Below, in pieces: positions 31,431 through 42,133 of a stretch of 64,000 nt of DNA (position 1 is the first letter of the stretch; every line of letters begins with the position of its first letter). The DNA is taken from the NCBI GenBank assembly GCA_963827575.1, contig CAWHCG010000048.1, positions 124,060 through 188,059 on the forward strand, written 5' to 3'. The notes beneath the pieces are model-generated. The model saw only the letters and a program-made list of their open reading frames with translations, had not been told where the DNA came from and made no database searches. The translations under genes were made by a program, and so were the position numbers. Origin of the DNA: an uncultured beta proteobacterium. Its GTDB lineage: Bacteria > Pseudomonadota > Gammaproteobacteria > Burkholderiales > SHXO01.

Positions 31431-32570
31431 ATGTTTCGCAAGTTTCTAATCAAGAAGGACGAGCGCGCCGTGTTGCTGTACCGCGGCGACTTTGCCGGCA
31501 TCCTCGGGCCGGGTGAGCACCGTTACTTCGACCCGCTGCAGCGCTTCGCGGTCGAGGTGCTCCCGCTCGAGGCGTCCCGGTTCGAGCACCGCTTCGCCGA
31601 CTACATTGTGAAGGCGGAGCCGCAACTCGCGGCCGAGCACTTCCACGTCATCGAGCTGGGGCCGACCGAACTGGCGCTGCGCTATGAGAACGGCGTCCTG
31701 GTGGAGCTGATTGCACCCAACGCGCGCCGGCTCTACTTCAAGGGCTACACCAACATCCTGCACGAGGTTGTCGATGTCGCCGAGCGCTTCGAAGTCGCGC
31801 CTGCACTCGCGTCCGTGATCGCGTACGGCACCCGTACCGGCCGCAAGGTCGAAGGAGCCGAGGCCGGTGTTTTCCCCGTCCCGGTGCCGGAGCATTTCGT
31901 CGGCGTGCTGTTCGTCGACGGCAAGCTCGACCGGCTGCTGGATCCGGGTCTGCACGCCTTCTACCGGTTCAACCGCGATCTGCGTGTGGAGTTCGTGGAC
32001 CTGCGTCTGCAGGCGATCGAGGTCTCCGGTCAGGAGATCCTGACCAGGGATAAGGTCGCACTGCGGGTCAACCTCACCGCCGGCTACCGCATCACCGACG
32101 TGAAGCTCGCCTTCGCCAAGCAGGCGAAGCCGGTGGACTACCTCTACCGGGAGCTGCAGTTCGGCCTGCGTGCGGCGGTCGGCACCCGAACCCTCGACGA
32201 GCTGCTCGAAAACAAGGGCGTGATCGACGAGGTGGTCTCGGCCCACGTCCGCAAGGCAGCAGACGGCTTCGGCCTGATGGTCGAATCGGTGGGTGTGAAG
32301 GACATCATCCTGCCGGGCGACATGAAGGCGATCCTCACCAAGGTGGTGGAGGCGGAGAAGTCCGCCCAGGCGAACGTGATCCGTCGTCGCGAGGAAACCG
32401 CGGCGACCCGCTCGCTGCTCAACACCGCCAAGGTGATGGAAGACAACCCGGTCGCCTTGCGCCTGAAGGAGCTGGAGACTCTGGAGAAGGTCACCGAGAA
32501 GATCGACAAGATCTCCGTGTTCGGCGGCCTCGACGGGGTGCTCAAGGATCTGGTAAAGATCCGTGTGTAA
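31431..32570 (+). CDS. SPFH/band-7 (slipin-like) domain protein
   Basis: Intact; RBS aggagaaag; coiled C-terminal region AEKSAQANVIRRREETAATRSLLNTAKVMEDNPVALRLKELETLEKV. Confidence 0.75.
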   Translation: MFRKFLIKKDERAVLLYRGDFAGILGPGEHRYFDPLQRFAVEVLPLEASRFEHRFADYIVKAEPQLAAEHFHVIELGPTELALRYENGVLVELIAPNARRLYFKGYTNILHEVVDVAERFEVAPALASVIAYGTRTGRKVEGAEAGVFPVPVPEHFVGVLFVDGKLDRLLDPGLHAFYRFNRDLRVEFVDLRLQAIEVSGQEILTRDKVALRVNLTAGYRITDVKLAFAKQAKPVDYLYRELQFGLRAAVGTRTLDELLENKGVIDEVVSAHVRKAADGFGLMVESVGVKDIILPGDMKAILTKVVEAEKSAQANVIRRREETAATRSLLNTAKVMEDNPVALRLKELETLEKVTEKIDKISVFGGLDGVLKDLVKIRV

Positions 32571-32791
32571 GCTGCCGGCCTCTTACCCAAGCCAGCCAGG
32601 AATCCTGGCTGGCTTTTTTTGCTCCTTCGCCCGATCCGCGGCAGCGGAATCGCCGCGACGTATCGAGGGCCCTCCCTCGTCCCCGGTCACGCATGACCGC
32701 CACAGCGGTTTTCGTGCCGGGGTGCACCGGCATTGAGCGCATGCGCGAAATCCTGCAATCTAGCCATCTATCTAGCCAGCTCGGAGGTCCC

Positions 32792-33072
32792 ATGCGTGAA
32801 GTCCCGATCACCGAGGCCAAGAACGCGCTGACCTCGCTCGTGCACCAGGCCGAAGCCGGCAAGCCGATCAGGTTGACGCGCCGCGGCAAGCCGGTGGCTG
32901 TGCTGCTGTCGGAGGAAGCCTATCGGCGTCTGCAGTCCGGCGCGGCAGAGCAGCGCGACCTGTGGGAATTCGTCGAGCGCTGGCGCGCCGCGTTGCCCGC
33001 AGACTGGAAGGCATCAGCCCGGAAGAAACGCGGGGCTGGCGCGACCGCGACGTGGGTCGCCCTTCTCCGTGG
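32792..33072 (+). CDS. Phd/YefM-family antitoxin (3' end approximate; frame reads through into toxin)
   Basis: MREVPITEAKNALTSLVHQAEAGKPIRLTRRGKPVAVLLSEEAYRRLQ. Confidence 0.7.
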
Positions 33073-33497
33073 GAAAGCTGACTTTTCTCCTGGATGCGAA
33101 TGTCCTTTCGGAGCTGACCAGGCCTCGAGCGGATGCGCGTGTGCTGGCCCGCTTCAAACGGTACCGCAGGCAAGTATGCACGGCGGCAGTCGTATACCAC
33201 GAGCTGAGATCCGGTGTCACTACGATGCCGGACGGCGCGCGCAAGACCTCCCTCGCATCGTTTCTCGACGGGCTGCTTGCGTCGGGTCTGGAAATTCTCG
33301 CGTATGACCTGCGTGCGGCTGCTTGGCACGCGGATGAGCGTGCCCGCCTGCAGAAAGTCGGCCAACCTCGTCCCTTTGTCGATGGCCAGATCGCGGCCAT
33401 CGCTGCCGTAAACGACCTCGTGCTCGTTACCAGGAATGTATCGGACTTCGCCCTGTTCCAGGGTCTACGGGTCAAAGACTGGACGAACCCGCGCTGA
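33069..33497 (+). CDS. vapC: PIN-domain toxin VapC
   Basis: LTFLLDANVLSELTRP...VTRNVSDFALFQGLRVKDW. Confidence 0.8.
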   Translation: MGKLTFLLDANVLSELTRPRADARVLARFKRYRRQVCTAAVVYHELRSGVTTMPDGARKTSLASFLDGLLASGLEILAYDLRAAAWHADERARLQKVGQPRPFVDGQIAAIAAVNDLVLVTRNVSDFALFQGLRVKDWTNPR

Positions 33498-33662
33498 TCG
33501 GAGGGGGCATCGAGCTTCCCGTTGATCGTGCTCAGGCTGCCCCGGCGGCAAGCAGCTTTCCGTCGATCGCGTCGAGTACGGCTGGCTTGTGCTACGCGAC
33601 AGACCAGGAGGCAAGGTCAATCTGGAACGCCGTCTGCGACCGCTCGCCGTATTTGGGGCGGC

Positions 33663-34586
33663 CTACGTTCCCGCCAGCTGCAGCACCGCGCGTGTCAGAT
33701 GGCTGTCGGGAAGTCTGAGCTCGTCCATGATCGTGAAGTGGTTTGAATTGATGATCGGAATCAGGTCGCCCGGGAGATTGGCCTGAGCCCGGTAAGCGTG
33801 GAAATCCCGACTGCTGGCAATCATCGCCGGCAACTCCACCGTGCCATAGGCTATGGAAAGTTGCTTGTCGACGCCCGGCAAGCGCATTGGAGAGAGGGTT
33901 TCGATTTCGACTTCGGTCAACTTGACCTTGTCGTTGACATGCGGGGAGTCGCGCAGCGGAGCGAGCTCGAATACGCCCGAAATCGCCAACCCGGCCGCCA
34001 CCCTTGGATGATCCAGCAGGACGGCCGTCAGATGCCCACCGGCCGACCAACCCGAGAGGATGACGGGCCCCGCAATACCGTGCGCGCCGGCCTCCGCAGC
34101 GAACCAGTCAAGCGCGGTTCGCAGCTCTTTCGTGATCTGGGTCAAGCTCGCGTCAGGAGCTAGAGTGTAGCCAGGCAGGGCCGCCGACCAGCCACGCGCG
34201 AGAACCCCCTCCGCCATGCAAGCGAAGATTTCCTTGCTGCCGCGCTGCCAATAGCCGCCATGGATGTGAACGCAGCACGGCGCGTTCGGATCGGTGGCAG
34301 GATACAAGTCCCACTTGGTCCGATCGCCTGGAGCATAGGGCAGATCGAGGTGCTGCGGGCGTTGCGCCCGCAGGGCCTTCGAAGCTGCGGCCCAGCCTTC
34401 GGTCTTCTTCCGAGCGAATTCGGGTCCCACATGGGCCACATTGTTGAAAGCCAGGTTGCGTGCCTCGAGCGACATGGTCATCCAGTCCATGCCTCTCGCG
34501 ACGACTTCTCCTGCGCCGATAACAGTGGGACCTACGACACCAGCTGCAGTCACAGCCATGAAGGCGCGACGGTCAAGACCGACCAT
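33663..34586 (-). CDS. Alpha/beta-hydrolase (esterase/arylformamidase-like) with Tat signal peptide
   Basis: MVGLDRRAFMAVTAAGVV twin-arginine motif; HGGYW oxyanion motif; GWSAGG nucleophile elbow. Confidence 0.75.
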   Translation of the reverse strand: MVGLDRRAFMAVTAAGVVGPTVIGAGEVVARGMDWMTMSLEARNLAFNNVAHVGPEFARKKTEGWAAASKALRAQRPQHLDLPYAPGDRTKWDLYPATDPNAPCCVHIHGGYWQRGSKEIFACMAEGVLARGWSAALPGYTLAPDASLTQITKELRTALDWFAAEAGAHGIAGPVILSGWSAGGHLTAVLLDHPRVAAGLAISGVFELAPLRDSPHVNDKVKLTEVEIETLSPMRLPGVDKQLSIAYGTVELPAMIASSRDFHAYRAQANLPGDLIPIINSNHFTIMDELRLPDSHLTRAVLQLAGT

Positions 34587-34698
34587 GACGAGTCTCCTGA
34601 TTCCCCGAACCGGAAGTTCGACGACTATAGAGCATTCGCCATTAGACGCCACACCCGCCGGTAAGGGATAATCGCCGCAAACGTCGGGAGCACGACCA

Positions 34699-35523
34699 AT
34701 GTCAGAAGCCACGCTCTGCAGCCTCGAAGCGCTCGCCGCCGCGGTGCCCGACGGCGCGCTGCTCGCCGTTCCCAAAGACTCGTCCGGCGTGCCGATGGCC
34801 GCCACACGGGAGCTGGTCCGCCGCGGCGTCCGGGACCTGCACCTGCTGTGCGTCCCCGTGAGTGGAATCCAGGCGGATATTCTCATCGGCGCGGGCTGCG
34901 TTCGCACCCTCGAGACCTCCGGCGTGACCCTTGGCGAGTACGGTGCCGCGCCACGCTTCGTTGCAGCGCTCAAGGAAGGCAAGCTGCGGATGATCGATTC
35001 GACCTGCCCGGCCGTCTACGCGGCGTTGCAGGCAGGACAGAAGGGGCTCCCGTTCATTCCACTGCGGGGCCTTCTGGACACCGACCTGCTGGCCAACCGC
35101 GACGACTGGACGGTGATCGACAATCCCTTCGCGCCCGGAGATCCGGTCGTCGTCCTCAAAGCGATCCGCCCCGACTTCGCGCTGTTCCACGCCAGTCTTG
35201 CGGATCGTTTCGGCAACGTGTTCGTGGGCCGCGAGCGCGAGCTGCTGATCATGGCGCACGCTTCCCACCGTACCCTGGCGACGGTGGAAGAAATCACCGA
35301 CCAGAACCTGCTCGAGGACGAGGCTCGCGCGGGAGCGGTCATTCCTTCGATCTACGTGGACAGGGTCGCGCTCGCGCCGCAGGGAGCCTGGCCGGTCGGC
35401 CTGGTGGATCACTACCCGCAGGACGAAGCGGAGATCGCCCGCTACACCGCCGCCGCGCGCACAGCGGAGGGGTTCGCCAGCTACCTCAACGACTGGCTGG
35501 GCCAACGCCAGGCAGCGGCTTGA
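34699..35523 (+). CDS. CoA-transferase subunit A (glutaconate/3-oxoacid CoA-transferase family)
   Basis: Intact 274 aa; ...VSGIQADILIGAGCVRTLETSGVTLGEYG... family-I CoA-transferase alpha pattern. Confidence 0.75.
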   Translation: MSEATLCSLEALAAAVPDGALLAVPKDSSGVPMAATRELVRRGVRDLHLLCVPVSGIQADILIGAGCVRTLETSGVTLGEYGAAPRFVAALKEGKLRMIDSTCPAVYAALQAGQKGLPFIPLRGLLDTDLLANRDDWTVIDNPFAPGDPVVVLKAIRPDFALFHASLADRFGNVFVGRERELLIMAHASHRTLATVEEITDQNLLEDEARAGAVIPSIYVDRVALAPQGAWPVGLVDHYPQDEAEIARYTAAARTAEGFASYLNDWLGQRQAAA

Positions 35524-36248
35524 TGGAGGTCAGCAGGACCGAGTTGCTGGTCGCGATCGTCGCGCGGCTGCTGGCGGACTGCAGGCACGTCGCGGTCGGA
35601 GCGTCCTCGCCCGTTCCCGGGTCGGGCGCCCTGCTCGCCCGCCGGCTTTCCAACGGCTCGATGCGGGTGAGCGTGCTGGGTTCGCGGCGCAACAACTTCT
35701 TCACCGACGGCGGCGTGGAGCTGTTCGATCTCGCCGCGCAAGGCCGCATCGACGCATTCTTCCTGGGTGGCGGTCAGATCGACGGGCAGGGCAACATCAA
35801 TCTGGTCGGAATCGGCAGCGAACAGTGCACCGAAGTCCGCTGGCCCGGCTCGTTCGGCTCGGCCTATCTGTACTTTCTCGTGCCGCGCGTAATTCTGTTC
35901 CGGGAGGAGCATACGCGCAGGGCAATGGTTCCGCGGGTGGATTTCGTCAGCGCCCCGGGCGTCAGCACCACGGCAGCCTACCGGCCAGGCGGCCCCTATG
36001 CCTTGCTCACCGGACTGGGCCTGTTCCTGTACGACAAGGCCAAGCAGCGCTTCCGGCTGGAGAGCGTGCACCCCGGCCACACCGTCGAGGAGATTCTCGA
36101 CAACACCGGGTTCGCGTTCGACCGCTCCGAATCGGTCCCGCAGACTCCGTTGCCGGATGCGAGCGTGCTTGCGCTGATCCGAGGCGAGATCCGGGCGGAG
36201 ATCGCCGAGACCTATCCTCGCTTCGCGGCTACGCTGGCCGCCGCTTGA
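35523..36248 (+). CDS. CoA-transferase subunit B
   Basis: ATG overlaps subunit A stop (gcttgATGg); ...GGGQIDGQGNINLVGIG... beta-subunit pattern. Confidence 0.75.
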   Translation: MEVSRTELLVAIVARLLADCRHVAVGASSPVPGSGALLARRLSNGSMRVSVLGSRRNNFFTDGGVELFDLAAQGRIDAFFLGGGQIDGQGNINLVGIGSEQCTEVRWPGSFGSAYLYFLVPRVILFREEHTRRAMVPRVDFVSAPGVSTTAAYRPGGPYALLTGLGLFLYDKAKQRFRLESVHPGHTVEEILDNTGFAFDRSESVPQTPLPDASVLALIRGEIRAEIAETYPRFAATLAAA

Positions 36249-36576
36249 GCCTGTCGGTCAACGAGATCGCCAGGCGCACGAGCCTGGCGCGGCAACACGA
36301 TCAAGAAGTGGTTGAGGGCGCCTCGGGGGTCCGCTGGATGGCCTGGTTGGGCCTCGCTCTCTCCATCACGGTTGAATCTCCTTCATCTCATATGTTCGGG
36401 GCACAGCGACCGAGCCCGTGGCCCACTCTGGGCTGACTCCCCAGCGCCCCCCTGCCCGAGTTCGTCCTCGACCAGCGCCTAGGCTGGCAGACAGCTAGAG
36501 TGCCGTGAGTCCGTATATGGCCAGGTTCGCCTGTTTTGGCTTAAACTCCGGCTGCAAACCTGGGACGGGGGGTGTG

Positions 36577-37338
36577 ATGGATCCGAAGTCCTTGCCCATC
36601 GTGCGGCTCGCCGCGTTGGGCTTTACGCTGCTCGCAAAGGGCGCGCTCGGCGCCATTCTCTACGACGCATCGCTGGGGACGCTGCCTGCGGCGCAGGGAT
36701 GGAGTTTCGCTGCATTGTTCGGATCCCCTAGCCAGAGCGTCGGAGGCGGCGTGCTCAACCTGGACACGACCTCAGACTCCGCCATACGCGCCGGGTATTT
36801 GCGTTTGGATCAGGTGGTCGACAGCGCGGCCGGCGTACGCCTTTCCTTTTCGGCGCAGCTGCTGACGGAAGCGCACGCGAGCAACGACCGGGCCGGGTTT
36901 TCCGTCATTCTGCTGGACAACACCAACCGCGGGATCGAGCTGGGATTCTGGACCAGCCCGGGCCGAATCTGGGCTCAGAGCGCGCCGGCCTTCACGCAAG
37001 CCGAGGGCGCCGCCGTCTCGACTGGTGCCGCAATCATCGACTACACCCTGGAGCTGCAAGGCGGCTCGTACGCCCTCAGTGCCGATGGGTCGCCGGTTCT
37101 GTCCGGGCCGATGCGCGATTACTCCTCGTTCGGCTTGCCATACAGTATCAAGAACTTCATCTTTTTCGGTGACGACACTATGTCCGCGCGGGCGAGCGTC
37201 GATCTTGCCGCCATCAGTATCAGCGCGGTACCCGAGCCGGGCGCAGCGGCAGTGATGCTGGCCGGGCTCGCGCTGCTCGGCGCAGCGCTTTGCAAGGTGC
37301 CTTTGCGTCGCATCGCTCGCTCCGTAACGGGGCACTGA
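36577..37338 (+). CDS. PEP-CTERM sorting-domain secreted protein
   Basis: N-terminal signal peptide; C-terminus VPEPGAAAVMLAGLALLGAALCKVPLRR (PEP motif, TM helix, basic tail). Confidence 0.75.
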   Translation: MDPKSLPIVRLAALGFTLLAKGALGAILYDASLGTLPAAQGWSFAALFGSPSQSVGGGVLNLDTTSDSAIRAGYLRLDQVVDSAAGVRLSFSAQLLTEAHASNDRAGFSVILLDNTNRGIELGFWTSPGRIWAQSAPAFTQAEGAAVSTGAAIIDYTLELQGGSYALSADGSPVLSGPMRDYSSFGLPYSIKNFIFFGDDTMSARASVDLAAISISAVPEPGAAAVMLAGLALLGAALCKVPLRRIARSVTGH

Positions 37339-37389
37339 CGGCTCGGAGGGATCCATGCCGGCAGCGCGTGGTGGGCGATCCTGCAAGGT

Positions 37390-37709
37390 TTGATCAAGGC
37401 GTTGCGCTGGTTCGCGCACGCTGGTCATCTCGACCAAGCCGATGCGCGCGACATGGCGCGCTGGCACCACGGCGGGGCTTCTCCCTGGATGGCTCGGTGC
37501 GCATTGACGGCCACGACTGCCCCGGGCTGGAGCGGCTGCTACGCTATTACGCGCGCCCGCCCTTCGCGCTGGAGCGGCTCGAGCGGGTCGCTGACAACCA
37601 GCTCGTCTATCGTTTTCCCAAGCCCCAGCCCGATGGCAGCACGCAACTGCGCCTCATGCCTCTGGAACTGATCGAGCGTCTGGCCGCGTTATTCCGTCCT
37701 GGCGCCTGA
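37390..37709 (+). mobile_element. IS91-family (Y2 rolling-circle) transposase C-terminal fragment, frameshifted
   Basis: MIKALRWFAHAGHLDQADARDMARWHHGG / SLDGSVRIDGHDCPGLERLLRYYARPPFALERLERVADNQLVYRFPKPQPDGSTQLRLMPLELIERLAALF. Confidence 0.55.
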
Positions 37710-37880
37710 AGCGCCAGTGTGGTGCCATCGAGCCGTGGACAGCTGCGCTCCGCTCTTGCCTCGCGCTCCATCTGCAGCGACCTTCCGCCTTCGCGGTCTC
37801 GCAATGTCAGCTTTCGGGTGCTGAGTTGTGACTATTGAATGTCCCAAAATGGACGTTATGCACATCTATCCATAACGATC

Positions 37881-38826
37881 ATTATGCAAAGGGCCCAGTT
37901 ATGAATAGTGGGTCTTCTGGAAAACGTGTGGGTGAATTCTAGGATCAATCTGGCTGTAAGCCGCGCCAGTACTGGGTTTCAGGGGTTGGGACAGGGCTTG
38001 GAATCTGGCATGATTTCTCCATGTCTACTCCGAAGAAGTCCAAGCGTCTGCTTGACGCATATCGGTTCCCTGGCTTTCGGCCCTTGCCGGGCTTGTGGGG
38101 GGTGTTCGGTGACTCGCATGCGCGCGTGGTGCGGCTCGTGCGGCGCTCAAAAAAACGGTCTAGCGCGAGGGCTGGGCGCGACGCTTCTTCGACTGGTGTG
38201 CCGCCCTCAAATGGCAGCGGCTCAAGCCCTACGAGAACTTCGCCGAGATGATCGATCGTCATTGGGACGGAATCGCTGCCTACTGCAAGCCAGAGAACAA
38301 GGTCTCGCTGGGATTCGTGGAGGGGCTGAACAACAAAAATTCGCGTCATCCAGCGGCGCGCGTACGGGCTGCGCGACGAGGAGTATCTGCGGCTAAAGAT
38401 CCTCACTTGCATGCTCCCGAAGCTCTAAAAACCCTCAAAACTATCCACTCGATTTCCTGAAGACCCTGAATAGTTTGAAGGGCCCGAAGGCCGGTAACCC
38501 GCGCCAATCCTCGTGATCTGACGCTCGACAGCGCGGCGCACTGGACATAATTCCGGCGCTCCGGTAGCACTGACGGTGACACTCCTGGAGGCCGTCATGG
38601 TCAGGATTCTTGCTACACACCGAGGCGGACCTCGCGATGAAGGAGCGGGCCCTGGCCAAGTTGCAGGATCCGGGCACCCGACGCTACTGCGGCTCCGTCT
38701 CGCTGATCGAGTTCCTGAAGAGCCTGTAATTATGTGAAGGGCGCGGACGCGCGAAACCGTCGTTGTACGAGGCAACTCCCGCGCCCGCCGCCGGCCAACT
38801 GTTCATAACTGGGCCCTTCACATAAT
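37881..38826. mobile_element. Degenerate IS remnant bounded by ~28-bp imperfect inverted repeats, containing ISL3-type transposase C-terminal fragment and a ~100-bp MITE-like unit (38729-38826)
   Basis: IR-L attatgcaaagggcccagttatgaatag (37881-37908) vs IR-R reverse complement attatgtgaagggcccagttatgaacag (38799-38826), 25 of 28 matches; third copy of the IR at 38729-38744; ORF 38248..38460 MIDRHWDGIAAYCKPENKVSLGFVEGLNNK... matches ISL3 transposase C-terminus. Confidence 0.5.
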
Positions 38827-39202
38827 GGCCGACTGCTGCCGATCAGGATCCCGCCAGTAGACATTTCCATTCAACGTCCGCTTTCGAGCACAGCGACGGG
38901 CTGGACACGACCCTGAGCAGCCTCTCGCCACCGAGCAAAGCAGACGCTCGCCGAAGCCCTGACGCCGGCCAGCGGCTCGGTCGACAAGGTCACATCTGTG
39001 ACCGACGCGAATTACCCTTGGCTAGACTGATGAGCGCTCAAGCCGTCATGAAGCTATGCAAGTTCAGGCGCCATCGACCGCGTTGGCGCATATCCTCGCC
39101 GTCGACGACGATCCCATCAGTCGGCAGACGACATGCACTACATGAACAGAGCTCTCAAGAACGAGGCAGAAACTTCCGACGCATTGAGTTTGGAGTAACG
39201 GA

Positions 39203-39900
39203 ATGAGGCTCGAGCCAGTTCTCCGAGGACTGCTCTTCGCTATCGCATTTCTATCCCTGGTCGCGGATGCACTTGCCGCTGACGTGAGGACGGCGCGGCA
39301 GGCCGTCTACAAGATAGGAGCGAAGCTGCATGGAAGAGGCGCCGCTCTTGGTTCTGCCGTGTTGCTTGCGCCAGGTAGGCTGGTCACCAACTGTCACACG
39401 ACGAGGGACGCCGATCGGATTCTCATCTTGCACCGGGAGGGCGAAATTCCTGCACGAATGGCGCACATGAACCCGCGTCAAGACCTGTGCCTGCTTCTCG
39501 CGCCCGAATTGCAGGGCCCCGTTCCCGAGCGACGGCCGTCGTCTCAACTCCAGATCGGCGAGCAAGTCATCGCCATCGGCTACGCGGAGGGTTATCAGCC
39601 GTACATCAGCGAGGGCCGAATCACCGCGCTGTATCAAATGGACGGCGCTTATGTGATTCGGACAACTGCCGGATTTCCTAGAGGTGCAAGTGGCGGAGGC
39701 CTCTTCGACGAACAAGGTCGGTTGGTCGGCGTGCTCACGTTCCGGGGGACTCTGGGCGATGACCTCAACTATGCCGTACCCACTGAGTGGGTTGAACCAT
39801 TGGTGGAGGCCGACGCGATCCCGCATGAACCTAAGGCGGTCTCAGCGGCCTTCTGGCAGGATAACGCCCCTGCACAGCCGATCTTCTTGCAAGCGGCATG
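39203..39900 (+). CDS. Secreted trypsin-like (S1) serine protease; 3' boundary uncertain (ORF continues to 40249 through probable frameshifts)
   Basis: Signal peptide MRLEPVLRGLLFAIAFLSLVADALA; LVTNCHT (His), GASGGGLF (Ser) motifs. Confidence 0.6.
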
Positions 39901-40065
39901 GCTAGAGAAGGCGGAAGCTTGGGCCGAGCTGCACGGTGATAGCCCTCGATTGGACCCTAGGAGAGCCGGACGATCCAGAGGCATGGCTGGCGCTCGGGCG
40001 GGCGAAGCTCGAGCTGGGAGCCCCCGCGGAAGCTGTAGCTCGCCAAGAAAGCACCCCGGCATGCA

Positions 40066-40249
40066 TCGCACCGAAACCGTCGATTACGCGATAGTGCTGG
40101 AGGGCGAGATCTACGCGGTCATGGACCAAGACGAGACATTGATGCGGGCAGGCGATGTCTTGATTCAACGCGGGACCAACCACGCGTGGGCAAACCGATC
40201 GGACAAGACCGCGCGGATCGCATTCGTACTGATCGACGGGAAGCGTTAG
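40066..40249 (+). CDS. Cupin-like C-terminal segment (fragment or frameshift fusion)
   Basis: MHRTETVDYAIVLEGEIYAVMDQDETLMRAGDVLIQRGTNHAWANRSDKTARIAFVLIDGK. Confidence 0.3.
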
Positions 40250-40427
40250 GTCAAGCCACGAGAATGCCGGAACCCTGTATGCCGGCATACGCAGTATGAC
40301 GCCGAACATCCAGTTGCACCGAAGCGTCAACAGCCACCTTCGGCGCCTGTCGCCGCCCGGTGAACTGGGTCGGTTAGGCCCCGGCATGCCGGGTTTTTGC
40401 ATCATCCACACCGACGAGGAACCGACC

Positions 40428-40949
40428 ATGAATCAGGCGAAACCCATCAAAGCCTTGACATCAGCTCTATTGCTGATCACCGCAGTTTCGTTGAGCATCG
40501 TCGCCGATGCTGCCGAGAAAAGAGAACAAACCTGCGTAAAAACAAACATCAGAACTCTATACAAGACAGTTTTGCCGATAGGTGATGTCCCCAACCACGA
40601 ACTCGTCCAAGAAGCGAATATCTCCGACCTCAAAGTGTCAAATCCAGATTTCAAGGTCACAGAGGAGTGGGTTTACGTCCAGTCAGACCTTAGAGACGGT
40701 AGCGGAACGCAAACCGGGTACTTCTACGATACGCACGAAGACGGGAGTCAAGACTATGGCGCTTTCAAAGGCACCGTCAAGACGACTGTCAAGGGAGACG
40801 GTTCCTGGGAATCTAGCTGGGAGGGGACGTATCAATATGTGGGTGGGAGCGGCAAGTTCAAGAACCTTAAAGGAGCGGGCAAGTACAAAGGAAAGGCATC
40901 ATCCACCGAGCCCGCTCGCGAGGAATGTCAGGAAACTGTCGAGTACTGA
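40428..40949 (+). CDS. Secreted protein of unknown function, noticeably AT-richer than surroundings
   Basis: MNQAKPIKALTSALLLITAVSLSIVADA signal peptide; Lys/Thr/Gly-rich mature part; local base composition visibly lower GC. Confidence 0.6.
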   Translation: MNQAKPIKALTSALLLITAVSLSIVADAAEKREQTCVKTNIRTLYKTVLPIGDVPNHELVQEANISDLKVSNPDFKVTEEWVYVQSDLRDGSGTQTGYFYDTHEDGSQDYGAFKGTVKTTVKGDGSWESSWEGTYQYVGGSGKFKNLKGAGKYKGKASSTEPAREECQETVEY

Positions 40950-41078
40950 ACTCATCTTAAGACGCTGGATACGCCGACACCGCGTGGCCTAACCCACCGA
41001 GCCCGCTCGCGAGGAATGTCAGGAAACTGTCGAGTACTGAACTCATCTTAAGACGCTGGATACGCCGACACCGCGTGG
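40903..41078. repeat. Tandem direct duplication (~84-bp unit, 91-bp period, 2 copies) spanning the stop codon of the 40428..40949 gene
   Basis: ccaccgagcccgctcgcgaggaatgtcaggaaactgtcgagtactgaactcatcttaagacgctggatacgccgacaccgcgtggc twice, separated by ctaaccc. Confidence 0.85.
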
Positions 41079-41677
41079 CTAACCCTATGGTTCTACTCAC
41101 TTCGCCGCTACAGGAGGGTGTAGATCGCGTGCACGACGTTCCACCGCCTGATCGTACTCCGGAGGCCAAGCTGCTGCATGAGTCGGGTCGTGATGCAGGG
41201 AGCCAACGTAGACTCTTCAGGTTCCGCGCGAGGCCGGCGGCGCGAGCGACTGCTGTACTGCTTGTGGGTACGAAAGCCGGGCAGGCTATCGCGTCTTGCT
41301 TGCCACGGCCCGCCTGAGAGACGCGCACAGCGACGCTTCCTGCCCGCTCCGGGGTCGCATCCACCGGCAAGCCGGCGGCGCGTCGTGGCGCGGAAGGGGG
41401 GCCCCCAAACTTTGTTTGCGGATCTGACCGCGAACACGCGCACAGGCCAGCGGCGACGCGCCTGCGGCCAGCTACACGGTCGCATCCCCGGAGGGGCCCT
41501 TGCTCCGCGTTTCGCTGGCCCCTGCTCCGCCCTGCGCGGCGCCGGCCACACCGGGCATGCCCGTCTTGCCCATAGAATGATCTATTGGCTGCGCACGTCG
41601 AGCCCGATCTGTCTCGCCCAGCCCTCCGCTACGATCTCGCGTCCTGATGAAATATCCGGGCTAGCGCGGGCTAGGGG

Positions 41678-41932
41678 CTAGCGCCGGCCCACCTTCGGCC
41701 GTGCTTCGTTGACGCGCAGGGGACGGCCGTGGAAGTCCTTTCCATTCAAACCCGCGATGGCGTCGAGCGAGTGTTGCTTGCCGGGCATCTCGACGAAACC
41801 GAACCCCTTGGACGCGCCGCTGAAGAGCTCGCGCATCACCTGCGCCGATTTCACCTGGCCGAAGGCCTTGAAAGCGTCCGCCAGCTCGGTCTCGGTCACC
41901 TCCGGTGCGAGATTTCCAACGTAGATGTTCAT
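41678..41932 (-). CDS. RRM-type RNA-binding protein
   Basis: MNIYVGNL (RNP2) ... KGFGFVEM (RNP1). Confidence 0.85.
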   Translation of the reverse strand: MNIYVGNLAPEVTETELADAFKAFGQVKSAQVMRELFSGASKGFGFVEMPGKQHSLDAIAGLNGKDFHGRPLRVNEARPKVGRR

Positions 41933-42133
41933 GTCCGGCTCCTGTCTGCAGGTTGCACCCAAAAAACAAAGCCACAGAGGTCACAGAGCACCCAGAGGAG
42001 GAACATGCTCCACGCGGTTCGCGCCTCACCGAACGGGTGACAGGACGTACACGCATGACTCATCGAACTTCTCTGTGCTCTCTGTGCGCTGTGTGGCTGA
42101 TGTGCGGTTTACAAGCTGTATGTTCGTCGCGGT

